Assembly: GCF_000002865.3 (NCBI RefSeq)
Contig: NW_001865055.1
Coordinates: 725,617-777,551, forward strand
DNA: 51,935 nt
Direction of reading: 5' to 3'
Source: Monosiga brevicollis MX1
Lineage: Eukaryota
Position 1 is the stretch's first letter. Every line of letters begins with the position of its first letter. Below are positions 23,228-36,128 of the stretch, one piece after another. Under the pieces are notes generated by a model that did no database searches, was not told where the DNA came from, and saw only the letters and a program-made list of their open reading frames with translations. The translations under genes were made by a program, and so were the position numbers.

Positions 23228-24443
23228 CCTTAACCTACATATACCGGTGCAAACACAAGCCCGAACCATGTCAGTTCCAAATGCAATTGCCCACCACCAG
23301 CTCAATCACATCCCCCACCCTGGCTGCCATTCAGTGACCCCGAGAGAGAGAGAGAGAGAGAGAGACGTACCTTGACTTCCTCCAAAAAGCCAAAAGAAGA
23401 AGAAGAAGAAAAATGAGAGAGAGAGAGAGAGAGAGTTGTCATCAAATTTATTTATAAATTTTAATCATCTGATTTAAATTTCAAAAGATTTACAAATTGT
23501 CATCGCCTTTGTGCATGTGCACCTTGATGTGGTGAGGAGTGAATTTAAAAGTTAATTAACATTGGAATTAATCGTCTTTTTCTTGAATTTTTTACTATGG
23601 CGACCGTATTGAGTGGGATGGTGCCTCAGGCATGCAACGGCGCCATTCACGACAGCTGGTAGGAGAAGCCGCCACCCTCGACGAGGAATTGTGTTGCTCT
23701 TGATCCTGCCACTTTCAAAGCAGTCGAATCTCTCAGATAAAGGCTGCCTTCCGCCCGCTTGAAGGGAGTCGATAACCACTTGAACGACCAATCCGCACAT
23801 GTCGAACCCGAGGATACAACAGTGACGCCATCACAAAGCCCAACAAGCACGCCACTTACCAATTTGATACCAAGGACAACCACAACGCCGCAGCCTCTAC
23901 TGCGCGTTTGGGACGCCAATTGGAAGGCAAGGCGCACTTTGATCGTCTGGCCGCGAGTTTTTCGCGCCTTGAAGAGCCTCATCAAGATATGATCTACTCA
24001 ACGCCGCGCCAGCACCGCCGGCTCGATTGCACCTGCATCACCCTCAACAGCGAACACATCGACGACGTGCCCCCTCTTTTGGACCGATTATAAACATGAT
24101 CTTGATGTGGGACAGACACACTCACAAAATGGCATCATGTAGATTCAACAGAACTGCGCGGTTCGAACCATCTCAAGCGGGCTGGGCTTCGACCACAATC
24201 AACACCGGCCGCCATCCAACGAATTACCCCTTTCAAGGTGTGACCTACACGCCATTCGCGAACAAATGTATACTCACTGCATTCGTGTTTTATATTCCAT
24301 CACTGCATTCGTATGAAAAACATCCTGAGTCCGAAAAGTGATACACACATGATCTCCAACGATCTCGAATTGCTATTTCTTTGAAGGAGTAGTGGGCAAA
24401 AGCACGCACACGGCCAGGTCAAATTGGAATCAGGACGAGGGTC

Positions 24444-25775
24444 ATGGTGTCCTCGATGAGTTTGAAGACGAACGGACGTTGTACCATGGAGGTGCTGGTT
24501 CTCGTTTGGGTGCTCTGCGCGGTACTGGTGGCAGCGACCTCTCAGAAGCCGTCAATCGCGGTGGATGAGGCCGGCACATTGTACATCAACTCGACGAAGA
24601 AAGTGGTGGTGAATGGTGTCGATGTGGAGGTCAATGGCATCAATGTGGAGGCAGCTTTTGCTTTCCTGTTTGACGCAACGCCAGGCTTGTGGTGGAGCGC
24701 ACCAGAGCAGTTTGTCATCTCCACCGCTGCTGATTATGCCTCCTCGGTGTCTGCGGCAGATCTGGACGGCGACGGTGATATGGATGTCCTCAGCACCAGT
24801 CCCTTCGACGACAAGATTGCGTGGTACCGGAATAACGGCGACGGCACCTTTTCCGCCCAGATCATCATCTCCACCGCCGCTGATAATGTTTACTCAGTGT
24901 ATGCGGTAGATTTGGACGGCGACGGCGATTTTGACGTTCTCAGCGCCAGCCTCTACGACGACAAGATTGCTTGGTACCGGAACAACGACGACGGCACCTT
25001 TTCCGCCCAGATCGTCATCTCCACCGCTGCTGACCACGCCCGCTCGGTGTATGCGGCAGATCTGGACGGCGATGGGGATCCTGACGTCCTCAGTGCCAGC
25101 GTCAATGACAACAAGATTGCGTGGTACCGGAACAACGGCGACGGCACCTTTTCCGCCCAGATCGTCATCTCCACCGCTGCCAACGGCGCACACTCGGTGT
25201 ATGCGGCCGATCTGGACGGCGACGGTGATCTCGACGTCCTCAGCGCCAGCATGGATGACGACAAAATCGCGTGGTACCGGAACAACGGCGACGGCACTTT
25301 TTCCACCCAGATCATCATCTCCACCGCCGCCGACAGTGCCCGCTCGGTGTATGCGGCCGATCTGGACGGCGACGGTGATCTCGACGTCCTCAGCGCCAGC
25401 AGCAATGACAACAAAATCGCGTGGTACCGGAACAACGGTGATGGCACCTTTTCCACCCAGATCGCCATCTCCACTGCCGCTGACGGCGCCTTCTCGGTGT
25501 ATGCGGCCGATCTGGACGGCGACGGTGATCTCGACGTCCTCAGCGCCAGCCTCAACGACGACAAAATTGCGTGGTACCGGAATAATGGCGGCGGCACCTT
25601 TTCCACGGAGAATGTCGTCTCCACCACCGCCCACGGTGCCCGCTGGGTGTATGCGGCAGACCTGAACGGCGACGGCCACCTCGACGTCCTCAGCGCCAGC
25701 CGCGATGACGACAAGATTGCCTGGTACCGGAACGATGGCCAGTGGAACTGGAAAACTCGCTTCAATTCGCCCTAA
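24444..25775 (+). CDS. Secreted FG-GAP/calcium-blade beta-propeller protein, copy G (7 repeats, intronless, inverted relative to the array)
   Basis: Intact 443-aa ORF with the same signal, leader, seven repeats and GQWNWKTRFNSP end. Confidence 0.9.
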   Translation: MVSSMSLKTNGRCTMEVLVLVWVLCAVLVAATSQKPSIAVDEAGTLYINSTKKVVVNGVDVEVNGINVEAAFAFLFDATPGLWWSAPEQFVISTAADYASSVSAADLDGDGDMDVLSTSPFDDKIAWYRNNGDGTFSAQIIISTAADNVYSVYAVDLDGDGDFDVLSASLYDDKIAWYRNNDDGTFSAQIVISTAADHARSVYAADLDGDGDPDVLSASVNDNKIAWYRNNGDGTFSAQIVISTAANGAHSVYAADLDGDGDLDVLSASMDDDKIAWYRNNGDGTFSTQIIISTAADSARSVYAADLDGDGDLDVLSASSNDNKIAWYRNNGDGTFSTQIAISTAADGAFSVYAADLDGDGDLDVLSASLNDDKIAWYRNNGGGTFSTENVVSTTAHGARWVYAADLNGDGHLDVLSASRDDDKIAWYRNDGQWNWKTRFNSP

Positions 25776-26490
25776 ACCTTATACTCTTGAGACCGTCTCC
25801 GCGCCTTGTACGCCTCCTTTTTCACACGTCGTACAATCGACGACGTATCGCTCTTGAATCACCATGAAGAGTAGGCAGTAGAATTGATATCATGGCTTTC
25901 AGTGACTGACAGACACTTGAACTTCACTCCAAAGTTGCTATTGCTGACCCTATCTGCCTGGTCAAAGGTGCTTTTACTTCTTTCATTTGTCGCGATCAGC
26001 ATCAATCGGATGCGGAAGAAAGGAACGTTAATTACGAAGTCAAGGATTTAGATTTCTGTTCAATGGGCACCACATGGTCGACAGGACCTCACGGAGACTG
26101 TTTCAGGTCCCTTAAAGGTGATGGAGGGAAAGAAGTGCTTTGTCGATGAACGTGTCAGGACGAATCGCTTGATGTGATACTTCAATTTGGCTTCATACAT
26201 CTCTTTCATCGACGAGCGATATGGTGCAGTTAGACCTGGTCTAATTTTTTCCGCTGCTTATTAGACTATCGACGTGATTTGATGTGCTCTAGTTGAGAGA
26301 TGGCTTGATCAGTCAAGGTCCTTTGAGTACCACGAGCCATGGGACAGTCACACTGGATTGATTGGAGAGATTGTCACGCGAGTATGCATGGGTGTGGCCC
26401 AACGCCAGCTGGCGATCGTTGGGCAGTGAGCAAGGCAACAAACAATATTGAACATCAATGGGTAACTATAACAAGGGCAAGTAAAAGCTG

Positions 26491-28164
26491 TTACAAGGCA
26501 GCCGCGCTGCGCTGCACAAAGTACGCCTCAATCTTGCTGTCGGCGGGCTCCTTGACAAACTGTGCAATGACGTCACGCAGCGCAATGACGCTCTGCAAGA
26601 CGTTGTCGTCGTCAACGACAAAGACTCGGTGAACACGGTTCTTCCTGAGCTTTTCAATCACCGAGCGCAGCGTATCCGATGACGTGCAGCATACGACCTG
26701 CCACCCATATAGCCAATTACATACACACGTAACAAGCAGCACGTCAGATAGCATTCACGCCAGCCTTTGCTGTTGACCTTATGGGGCGTCAAGAGGGGCA
26801 CGCAGGCAAGACAGACAGGCTGGGCCACGCTCACCTCAGCATCAAAGGGGGCGACGTGGAGGTCGTTGAAAAGTTCAAGAGGTTGGTTCAAGAAGCGCAG
26901 ACGTGTAGGCTGGCGAATCAGCAACCGCGTGTCACGAGACGAAACAACGCCCAACACCTTGTTGGCCTTGTCCACGAAGGGCAGTGCGCTGACATGCTAT
27001 TGAACACACGAAATGCACGAAAGGAAATCAGCAAGGAAATTAGCAAGCCGCAAGGCTGTATGCAAGGGAAGGCCCAAGCTTGATCCACGAAAAATGGGAG
27101 GCAGGTTCGTCGGCGAGCAAGGGCACAGCAATCAACCTACGCACCTCGTCACGCATCTTGAGCAGGGCGCTCTGCATGGTATCAGTGGGCTTGCAGCTCA
27201 CAATATCTTTCTTTGTGCCAAGCTGCAGGTCAGCGACGGTGGAATCAACCAGCTTGGGAAACTCGTCCAAGTGGGCGTGGAGAAACTCCAGCAAGGAGGT
27301 TTGGGTCACGACGTTGGTGATGTCGGATCCTACGAGAGCCAGCAGCCAGCCAGCCAGCCAGTCAGTCGAGTGGCCACGACAGCACGACACGGACGAGTGG
27401 GAGCAAGAGCATACCAGGCTCCACAATGTAGGCACGGTGCTGGGCGTATTTGCCCAACAGGAGCATGACATCTAGCATGGTGTTATTCTCCTTGGCCAGT
27501 GGAATAAAGGGGTTGAAGCGTGCCGTGTCTGCGTGGCCCAGCGGTCAGGATAAGGTAAGAGCGTGTGCAAGCGGGCGCGGTGCGGTGGATGAATGGTCGA
27601 GGGAGAAAGGAGATAAGACGCACCCTTGTCCTCGTCAATCACGTTGGCAATCTCGGTGTGAGCCGCGGTGTGACGCAAGAGCATGTCCAGGTCTTCGATG
27701 CCGTCCGTGTCCTGGACCTAAGTTTGGACAATGACGTCAGCAAAGCAGCCACGCAGAACCCGAGCCAGCAGGAGCAGCTGGGGATCCTTGGCCCTACCTG
27801 GTGCAAGAGCCAGTGCATGAGGTTGACGGCGTCGGCGGTGCCAATGTACTTTTCGAGCCAGGGCGCATCATCGGGCTGATCGCTGTCGCGCACCGGGGCG
27901 CTCAGAATGTTGTGGGCCGCTACCAGAGGCAAGCGCGAAAAAAAAAATAAAAAAATAAACGCAACCGCCGACCAGTGATGCAGTGAGGCGGTCGAGGTCC
28001 CAAGTCAAGGTCATGGCGAATTCCTTACCGAGGGTACGGGTGGCTTGTGCAACCGAGTCGGAGGAGTTGACGGTGATGACCTTGTCAACGGCCGGCAAGT
28101 CCGACAGGGACTTGTTGGCAAAGAAGGCATTGTACTCTTCGGTTTGAGCCTCGGGCAGCGACAT
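26491..28164 (-). CDS. CBS-domain protein, AMPK/SnRK1 gamma-subunit-like (KING1 type); multi-exon
   Basis: Exons encode KVITVNSSDSVAQATRTL, HNILSAPVRDSDQPDDAPWLEKYIG, ITNVVTQTSLLEFL, VSALPFVDKANKVLGVVSSRD and RVHRVFVVDDDNVLQSVIALRDVI, consistent with four CBS motifs. Confidence 0.8.
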
Positions 28165-29426
28165 GATGGCGGTCAGTGGTGTTGAAATCTAAACGACCAG
28201 TGGTCAATTGAGGTTAATGCAGTCTTAATCAAGCTCACAACAACCAAGACGGCAGAGCCCCGCCTTACCCAAGTGAGAGAGAGAGAGAGAGATCAGTGGC
28301 AGGGAGCAGTGAGAGGATCAGTGGCGACTGGAGGTTTGATGCTGTTTGCCGGGTACGCAAGGAAGAAAAAATGCGCAAGAGACTGGAAACGCGCGCGAGA
28401 GAGAGAAAGAGAGAGAGATAGAAAGAGAGAGAGAGAGAGAGTTTGAGAGAGAGAGAGAGAGAGAGAGTGTGTGTGTGTGTGTCTGTGCAAACGCTCTTGG
28501 CAGTGATTGCTGCCCATGGCACATTGGGGTGCAAGCCAAGCCAAGCCAAGCCGGCATGTCCACGATCGGGGTCGGACGCGAGTTCACAGCGCCGCGCCGC
28601 CAGCTTCACTGGGGGGGCTGGTCATTGCTCTCATCAATCAGGTGTCGGTGTGCAAGACCATGTCACGAGCGCCTCGCCAAGAGGTCGAGCCGGTTCTGGG
28701 TTTTGCTGGTGGCATGGCTCGGTTGGAAGCTGCGCAAAGTCCAATATCATCGACATCTTCCAACACAAAATACATTAACAAGACTTCAATAAGCAAACCA
28801 ATTCGGATTAAAACCAACTTGTTGACATATCTGATCTTGATTGCAGAGTTGCCATGCTGACAATTCATGCCCATGACGCAAGCCGACAAGACATTTGAAC
28901 CCACGAAAGCAGTCAGAGTAACCAAATCTTCACCGAGACTCGGAGATCCAAAGACTCAAATGAATATCAATGTGTAGATCCTGTTACACTTTACGTTGGC
29001 TGCTGTGTTTTTGGCGCCAAAACGAGGAGCGCGCAAAGGAAACAAGCGCAAACGTGTAACGGTCAAGAGCCGTTTTTCTTCTGGATGTTGAGCGCTTGTG
29101 CTTGTGCACTCGCAAAGAAGCAGGTTGGCGCGCCGGACCTTGGGGTTTGATTCGGCCGCTTCTGAGGGGCTTGAAGGCGTTTCCAGTCGCTTGGTGTCGG
29201 GCTGTTGTTGCTGATTGCATTTCTCGTGGCGTGCCCTGAAAGCTCCTGTGGCTGCTGCCCTTTTGATGAATGCAATCACGCGGTTCTGTGCCATTCCTCT
29301 TGCTCGACATTAAATTTTTTTTTGCCCTTTAGCGCCGCTGAATGCGCGCGAGCTGCATTTACTTGCTCTGGACTGCGGTTGGCCGTCGTTCTTGTTCGTG
29401 ACTTCGACCTTGACCAGCCCAGCATC

Positions 29427-29786
29427 ATGGCGAGCATGGAGCTTTTCGCCGAGGATGGCGCCGAGCCCGAGGCCATCTCGACCGGCGTCTACCTCGATCG
29501 TCTCGAGATCAACAATTTCAAGAGCTACAAGGGACTCCAGACCATCGGCCCGTTTTCCCGCTTCACCTCCATCATTGGCCCCAACGGCGCGGGTGCGTTT
29601 ACAAACTGCTGCCTGCTCTTACTGAATGCACTGGGGGCTTGTTCGGTGCCAAGCACACTCAATCATCTTCTCGTTTCTTCTCATTCTCCACCTGAACGTT
29701 TGTCGCTGCAGGCAAATCCAATCTCATGGATGCCATCAGCTTCGTCTTGGGCGTGAGCGCCCGTCAGCTGCGTGGTAATGCCATCA

Positions 29787-29844
<58 letters not shown>

Positions 29845-32800
29845 CCGTTTCCACCATTGAGGGGTATATTCAAGCCCATCGCTCTCTGCATCTGTCTGCT
29901 GGCTGTCCCTCATATACAAATGCATTTTTCGGTTTGCTGATCAACCTCTGCTCAGGACATGATCTACGGCGCTCGCTCCAAGAAGGAGGCCGGGCGTGCC
30001 TCAGTCTCTGCCTTTTTCAAGTATCATGATGACGAAGATAAAGAGCTTGTTCTGAAGCGCTCGTGCGTTCACAGCCCGTTTCCTTCCACCTTCCTTCCAC
30101 CCCCCTCTTTGCGCGAACATCCGCACCCGTGACCTCACTTGAGGTCGACCCTCTCTCGCGTTTTCTGGGTGCCAGGATCTCTGGCTCCGCCTCAAAATAT
30201 GCTATTGATGGCAAAAACGTATCTTGGGATGAATATGACAGTCAGCTTCGCGAGTTTGGCCTCTTGGTCAAGGCTCGTAATTTTCTCGTCTTCCAGGTAA
30301 GAGTGTCCCTCCCTTTTGCCTCTTCAGCCGTTCCGCCTCTTCAGCCGTTCCGCCATTCCAATGCAGCTGCGCAACCCTCACAGTCTTGAATTTTGATTTG
30401 GACGCAGGGTGATGTTGAAAGTGTGGCTGCTCGCGATGCCAAGCAGCTGACCCAAATGTTTGAGCAAATCTCCGGCTCGGACGAGCTCGCCGAGGAATAC
30501 CACGCAGCTCAGCGCGAGCGCGAGCGTGCCAACGCCGATCACCAGCTCATTGGCCAGAAGAAACGCGTATGTGTATTCATCTCGCCCGACCAGGTCTCTT
30601 AGGAGTTTGCAATGCTCAAATTTTGCCGGCGTCTGCTTTCTGCACCCAGGGTTTGAACAAGGAGAAGAAGCAGTACAAGGCACAAAAGGAGGAGGCCGAC
30701 CGCTTCAACGCTCTGGAGGAAGAGAAGAAACACGTCGAGGAGGACCAGCTTGTGTGGCAGCTCTACCACTGCGAGCGAGGTGGGTGCATTTGCGAAATTT
30801 TGCATTTTTTTTGTTTCGTGTCGATTGCCTGCGTGACCGTACAGTCTGCATCACCGTCCAATGGAGACGATCGACCTTTGTTCTGTGCTCAAAATTGAGA
30901 TTTGTCCGCCTGCTCTTGGCAGACCTCGAGCAGGCGCGCGCAAGCGTGGAAAGCAAACAGCTCGACTGTGACAAGCTCATCCAGCGCCGCGCGACCGTGG
31001 AAGACTTGGCGAAGAATAACAAAAAGGCGGTAGGATCTTGCTGGGTGTTTTCCAAGTGCTGGGTGTTTTCCAAGTGCTGGGTGTTTTCCAAGTGCTGGGT
31101 GTTTCCAAGTGCTGCGTTGTCCTGAATTTCTCCGAGTCACGTTTATATTCTTGGCATGGCGAGTCACTCAAACTGTTGTTTCTCACAGGTGGCCAAAGCC
31201 AAGCAAGCCAGAGCCCTGGCAGCTAAAAAGGCCAAAAAGCAAGAGGACAAAACCAACGAGCTTAAACCCGAGTTTCTCAAGGCCAAGGAAGAGGTCAAGC
31301 ACGCCGAGCGTCGTCTACAAGCCGCTGAAAAGACACTTGCCAGCACAAAACAGGTTCGTTTGTGGCAAGAGTTGCTCTGCGTTTCCCTCGCTACATCCAG
31401 CTGCGTTTGATCTCACCCTCCAAGCTCGGTCTTGTCACCCCATTCGGCAGAAACTGCAACAATACGATGAAGAAATCCAGGAGCTGGAGGCCGAGCTGCA
31501 CACCATTGAGCGCAACGCCAAACAGTTTGAGGATAGCATTCGGGGCGAATCGCAACAGGACGAGATTCAGCTTGAGGAAAATCAGGTCGGTTCCCAGAAC
31601 TTGCATACCAGCATACCAGCATACCAATTTGCGGGCTCTTGACCTTGTGCTTTGCGTTTTTCCTTCGTTTCGGGCCGCCGGTGGACTAAACACCCTCTTA
31701 CCCCGACCGATACCGATATAGATGGCCGAGTATCAGCGCCTCAAGGAAGAGGTGGCCAAGCGAGGTGGCCTTCAAAAGTCCAACGTGGATCGCTGTCGCC
31801 GCGAAATTGAAATGTGCCAAGCTAAATGCCAGCGAATCCGTGCTGAGCGCGATGAGCTTGAGGCTCGCAAACAGCAGCTTCAGCAGGACAGGTGCGGCAC
31901 TCGATGCCCACGCGCAGCACGCTCCTTTCTGACGGTGACCTCATTGGGCCACTGCTGCTTCATCCCCTGTCGGCTTGTTCTTTACATTCTTATAGTGAGA
32001 AGCTGGAACTGCGCACGCGTAAAGTTGCCGAGGCCCTCGAGCGTCAACGCGCACAGGCCAATGAGGTTTGATCTTTCACGGGGCACAAATTATGCCAACT
32101 TGCTTGCCAGGTATCTCTCACTTGTGCAAATCGTTGCCACAGAAACGTCATGCTTTGACCAAGCTGCAGGAGGAGCAAGCGCAGCTGGATACCGAGCGCA
32201 ACGAGGCCTCGGCTCGGCTGGCCGAGGTGCAAAATATCTTGCAGGAAGCTCGCAGCGCAACCAGTGAATCGAATCGCGCCCGCCAATTTGACAACGCCAT
32301 TGCGGATCTCAAGCGCCATCACGAGGTTTGTTCGTCTTGATCGGGTGCCTCGACTTCTCTTTTTGGCTTCTCGTCCCTTTTTTTTTCACGCTCTTGTATG
32401 CCAACTCTCACGTCCGTGCCATTTGCTTGCGTTGCTTGTGCCACCCTCACTTTGTGGACAACTGCGTGGGACCTGCAATTTGGCGGGTTTAGGGCCGGGT
32501 GTTTGGAAAGCTTGTGGAACTGTGCGAGCCGCGCCACCGACGATACAACGTGGCCATCACCGTGATCATGGGCAAAAACATGGACGCCGTCGTTGTGGAC
32601 AACGAGGAGACGGCCATCGAGTGCATCCAGTTTTTGCGGGAACGCCGCGCCGGCGTGGGTACCTTTATCCCACTGCAGTCCATTCGCACCAAGCCCATCA
32701 ACGAGCGCCTCAGGTATGTGTGCGCGCATGTGCCATGGCTTACCGGCGCGCTCGCTCTCATTCTTCCTTTTTGCCTTTTGCCTTCCGACTTTGCTTCATA

Positions 32801-35800
32801 TAGGACGTTGGGGAACGGCACCAGTTTGGTCGTGGACGTACTCAAGTATGCTCCAGAGATTGAAAAGGCTGTTCTGTTCGCCTGTGGCAACTCGGTTGTG
32901 TGCCAAAATGAAGAGGAGGCCAAACGTTTGTGCTATGAAACGGATTTCGTCACAAAGGTGCGCGCGGGCGAGTGTGGCTCTGCGTGGTCATACCGTTTTT
33001 CTTGTTGTCTTTTCTGAAACATATACATGCCAAACTGACTGGCGCTTTTTGGTTTTGTTCCATTCTGTGTTTTGGCTTTTGTGTCGGGCGACTTGTGCAG
33101 GCCATCACGCTCTCTGGCACGTTGATTCGGTCCTCGGGTCCCATTGAGGGTGGTCAAAGTGCCGTGGCTGGCAAGGCTAAGCGCTGGGATGAGCAAAAGC
33201 TTGTGGCTGTTCGAGAGGAGTTTGACCAGTTACGCCGCAAGGTATGATGTCACTGTCAAGATCCTCCCTTGACGTGTGCCTGTGCTCTGATTGAGCTGCT
33301 TTTGTCATGCCTTCCATGCACGCTATGCCTGTACAGGTGCATGATCTGAGTCGGCGCAAGAATCGCCAACACGAGGTGACCGAGTTGGACTCGAGCATTC
33401 GTGGTCTCGAAGCCATGTGCATGCAGCTCGAATCGGATCGCAGTACCTCTCAGGTTGGTACACGGTGTTTTGGCCCACGTTGAGGCGGCGCACGACGCGG
33501 ACGTGTTGAAAAGGCGCCGCTGGGTTGCTTCTGGTTCTGCACACGTTCTGCTGCCTTGGTAACCCCTTATTCCTCACGTGTGTCATGTTGCGCCTGCGGG
33601 AAAATAATTGCGCAGGTGAGCTTGCAGCAAAAACAGGCTGAATTAGTGATGGCAGAGGAACGGGTCGCGGCCGTGGGCCCTCGTCTGGCAGCAGCCGAGG
33701 CTGAAGCGGCCCGTGCACAGGAGCAGCTGAACCGCGCCGAGCAGCAATATGAAGCGTAAGACACCCGTTGTGCACTTGTTTTGACCACGCTGTGCGCCAA
33801 GACTCACTCAGCGCAACGAATCTAACTTGGCAAACAGGATCGTCGACGAGCTTTTTGCTGCCTTTTGCGCCTCGATTGGCGTGGCCAATATTCGCGAGTA
33901 CGAAGCAGATCGCTTGCAGCGCGTGGAGGCACGAGCGCAACGCCGTGCCGACTTTACCAAGCACATTGCGAGCTTGCGCGCACAACTCGAGCTACAGCGG
34001 CAGGCTGACCCGGCCAAGGACGTCAAGCGTCAAGAAGAACAGCTGGAGCAACTGACCGAGAGGCTGCAGAAGGCACAGGCGCTAGAGCGTGAGCTTTCAG
34101 ATCAGCTGACCGAGGAGAGTGCGGGGCTGGACCGCTTGCGTGCCATTGAGCGTCAGCGACAGCAGGAGCTTGCCGACGCCGAGGTTGCCTTGAACGAGTA
34201 CAAGGCTCAAATGAGCGAGGTGGTGGGCAACCTGAACGCAGCCCAGCGGGTACGCGAACACCCCCGCCCTTGGTTCTTTGTTGTAACCATGTGACTGATG
34301 TTTCTCTGGTCGGCTCTTGGGCTTTGCACGTTGGAAGACGCTTGATCACCTCTTGGCACACGCCAACCTCAACTTTTCTGGAAGTGATGTGCTGTTGCTG
34401 CTCTCATGTCTGTGTTCTGCCATGCATCATTGTTGACCTTGCAGGAGTTGCGGGCCGCGCTGAGTGGTGTGGAGCGTTGTTCGTATAACCGACACGCATT
34501 GCTCAAGAGAGCCAAGGTCGGCCCTCGGATTCCGTGCTGTGTGCCTCTGTTTTCTCGATCAAACGTTGAGGCAATGTTGTTGACAGATATGGACTTTCTG
34601 ACTGCTGGTATGCTCACTTGAAACGCGCTCTCTTGGTCCGTTGGAAAACAAACCAAACCTGTTTCCAGGTCGAGGACGTGGAGCTACCACTGCGGCAGGG
34701 CTCGCTATCGGATGTCAGCGAGGAAGTTGTGACTGGAGGCCCGTCTGTTTCGATCAACACGTCAAACATGAGCGCCATGGATGTGGGCAGCATGGATACG
34801 GACAATGCTCAGCGCATCTTTGAACGAGAGGCCACGATTCAGCTGGATTATCGTGGTTTAGATGATGTGCGCTTTATCTTGTTGACACGTTTTTGGGCTG
34901 TGTGTATGAGCTGCCATTGACTCACGCTTGGCCTCGGTCGATGCTGGCTGTTCAATGCAGGATCTGCGGGAGACGGAGACAGAGGAGGATCGTGAGCAAA
35001 TGCTTCAGCATTTCCAACGGCGGCTCCATGATATCCAGTCCGAGATGGAGACGATTGCGCCCAACGGCAAGGCTTTGGAGCGCCTCGAGGCGGCCAAGGA
35101 AAAGTTGAAGGAGAGCTCGGATCAATTTGCCACGTCACAAAAGCGCACGGAACAGGCCAACGCCGAGTTTGAGCGCCTGAAGCGGCTTCGCCGCGAACGC
35201 TTTATGGAGGCATATGAGCAGATTTCCAAGCGCATTGATGGCATTTACAAGGTCAGTTCAAACCTGAGTCTGGTCTTTGCCTGGTCAACACGAATGGGCG
35301 TGTGTCTCGAGGACGTGCTCACTAGCTGGCTGGTGTGTGACATGGTCAGGAGCTGACGCGGGGGCCCAAGGCTCCAGTGGGAGGCACGGCATACCTGACG
35401 TTGGAGGATACCGAGGTGCGTTTCGCAGATGGATGGTTTGTCTTTGTCTTGAGCTGGGTTGTGGTATTGGCCGGTTACTGCCGATCAGCCTTGGTTGTCT
35501 GATGTGCATCGTCCGCTTCTGCTTCTGTAGGAGCCATACAATGCTGGCATCAAGTATAGCGCCATGCCTCCCTCCAAGCGCTTCCGGGACATGGAACAAT
35601 TGTCTGGTGGCGAAAAGACGGTAGCTGCCTTGGCGTTGCTGTTTGCAATTCACAGGTCTGTTTACCAGCCCACCGTTTGCCTGTGATGTCGCATTTGGAA
35701 GTTATTTTCACAGTTTATTTTATTGTTTTCTGGGTACACACAGCTTCAAGCCAGCGCCCTTCTTTGTTTTGGATGAGGTGGATGCGGCTTTGGATAACGC

Positions 35801-36128
35801 CAACGTGAACAAAATCGCGCGGTACATGCGTAAGCGATCTGGCACAGGCTTCCAGTGCATCGTTATTTCCCTCAAGGTACGTCATCCACCGGCGATGCCC
35901 AAGAGGCAACACTGTCGGCGCGGGCTGGGGGTTGAGCGGGCTGGGGGTTGTGTGGGCTGTTTTTTTTTTTTTTTTTTGACATTTTGTGGTTCTTGTTGTT
36001 CACGCGGGGCGCAGGACACCTTTTTCAGCCAATCGGAGAGTTTGGTGGGCATTTATCGCGAGCCGGAGGAGGAATGCAGCCGCACATTGGCGGTGGATTT
36101 GAGCCGTTATCCCGAAGCCGTCAACTGA
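29427..36128 (+). CDS. SMC1: Structural maintenance of chromosomes protein 1 (cohesin subunit); many introns
   Basis: [11 protein letters not shown], Walker [35 protein letters not shown], hinge [11 protein letters not shown]...TFIPL, signature [18 protein letters not shown], Walker [28 protein letters not shown]. Confidence 0.96.
29789..29842. repeat. (GT)n microsatellite at the 5' end of an SMC1 intron
   Basis: GT run beginning at the intron donor after ...GCCATCAAG. Confidence 0.9.
31039..31114. repeat. 18-bp minisatellite (TGCTGGGTGTTTTCCAAG) x4 within an SMC1 intron
   Basis: Direct tandem copies, the last one 1 bp shorter. Confidence 0.9.

Noticed and set aside
23590..24093. Short coding-like stretch between TPP1 and copy G
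   Set aside because: Only short ORFs in different frames with no recognisable motif; cannot support a gene model.
5737..25765. Long antisense and alternate-frame ORFs over the FG-GAP genes (e.g. 10865..12265, 11028..12230, 24953..25765)
   Set aside because: Shadow ORFs: a repeat unit lacking stops in other frames stays open when tandemly amplified.
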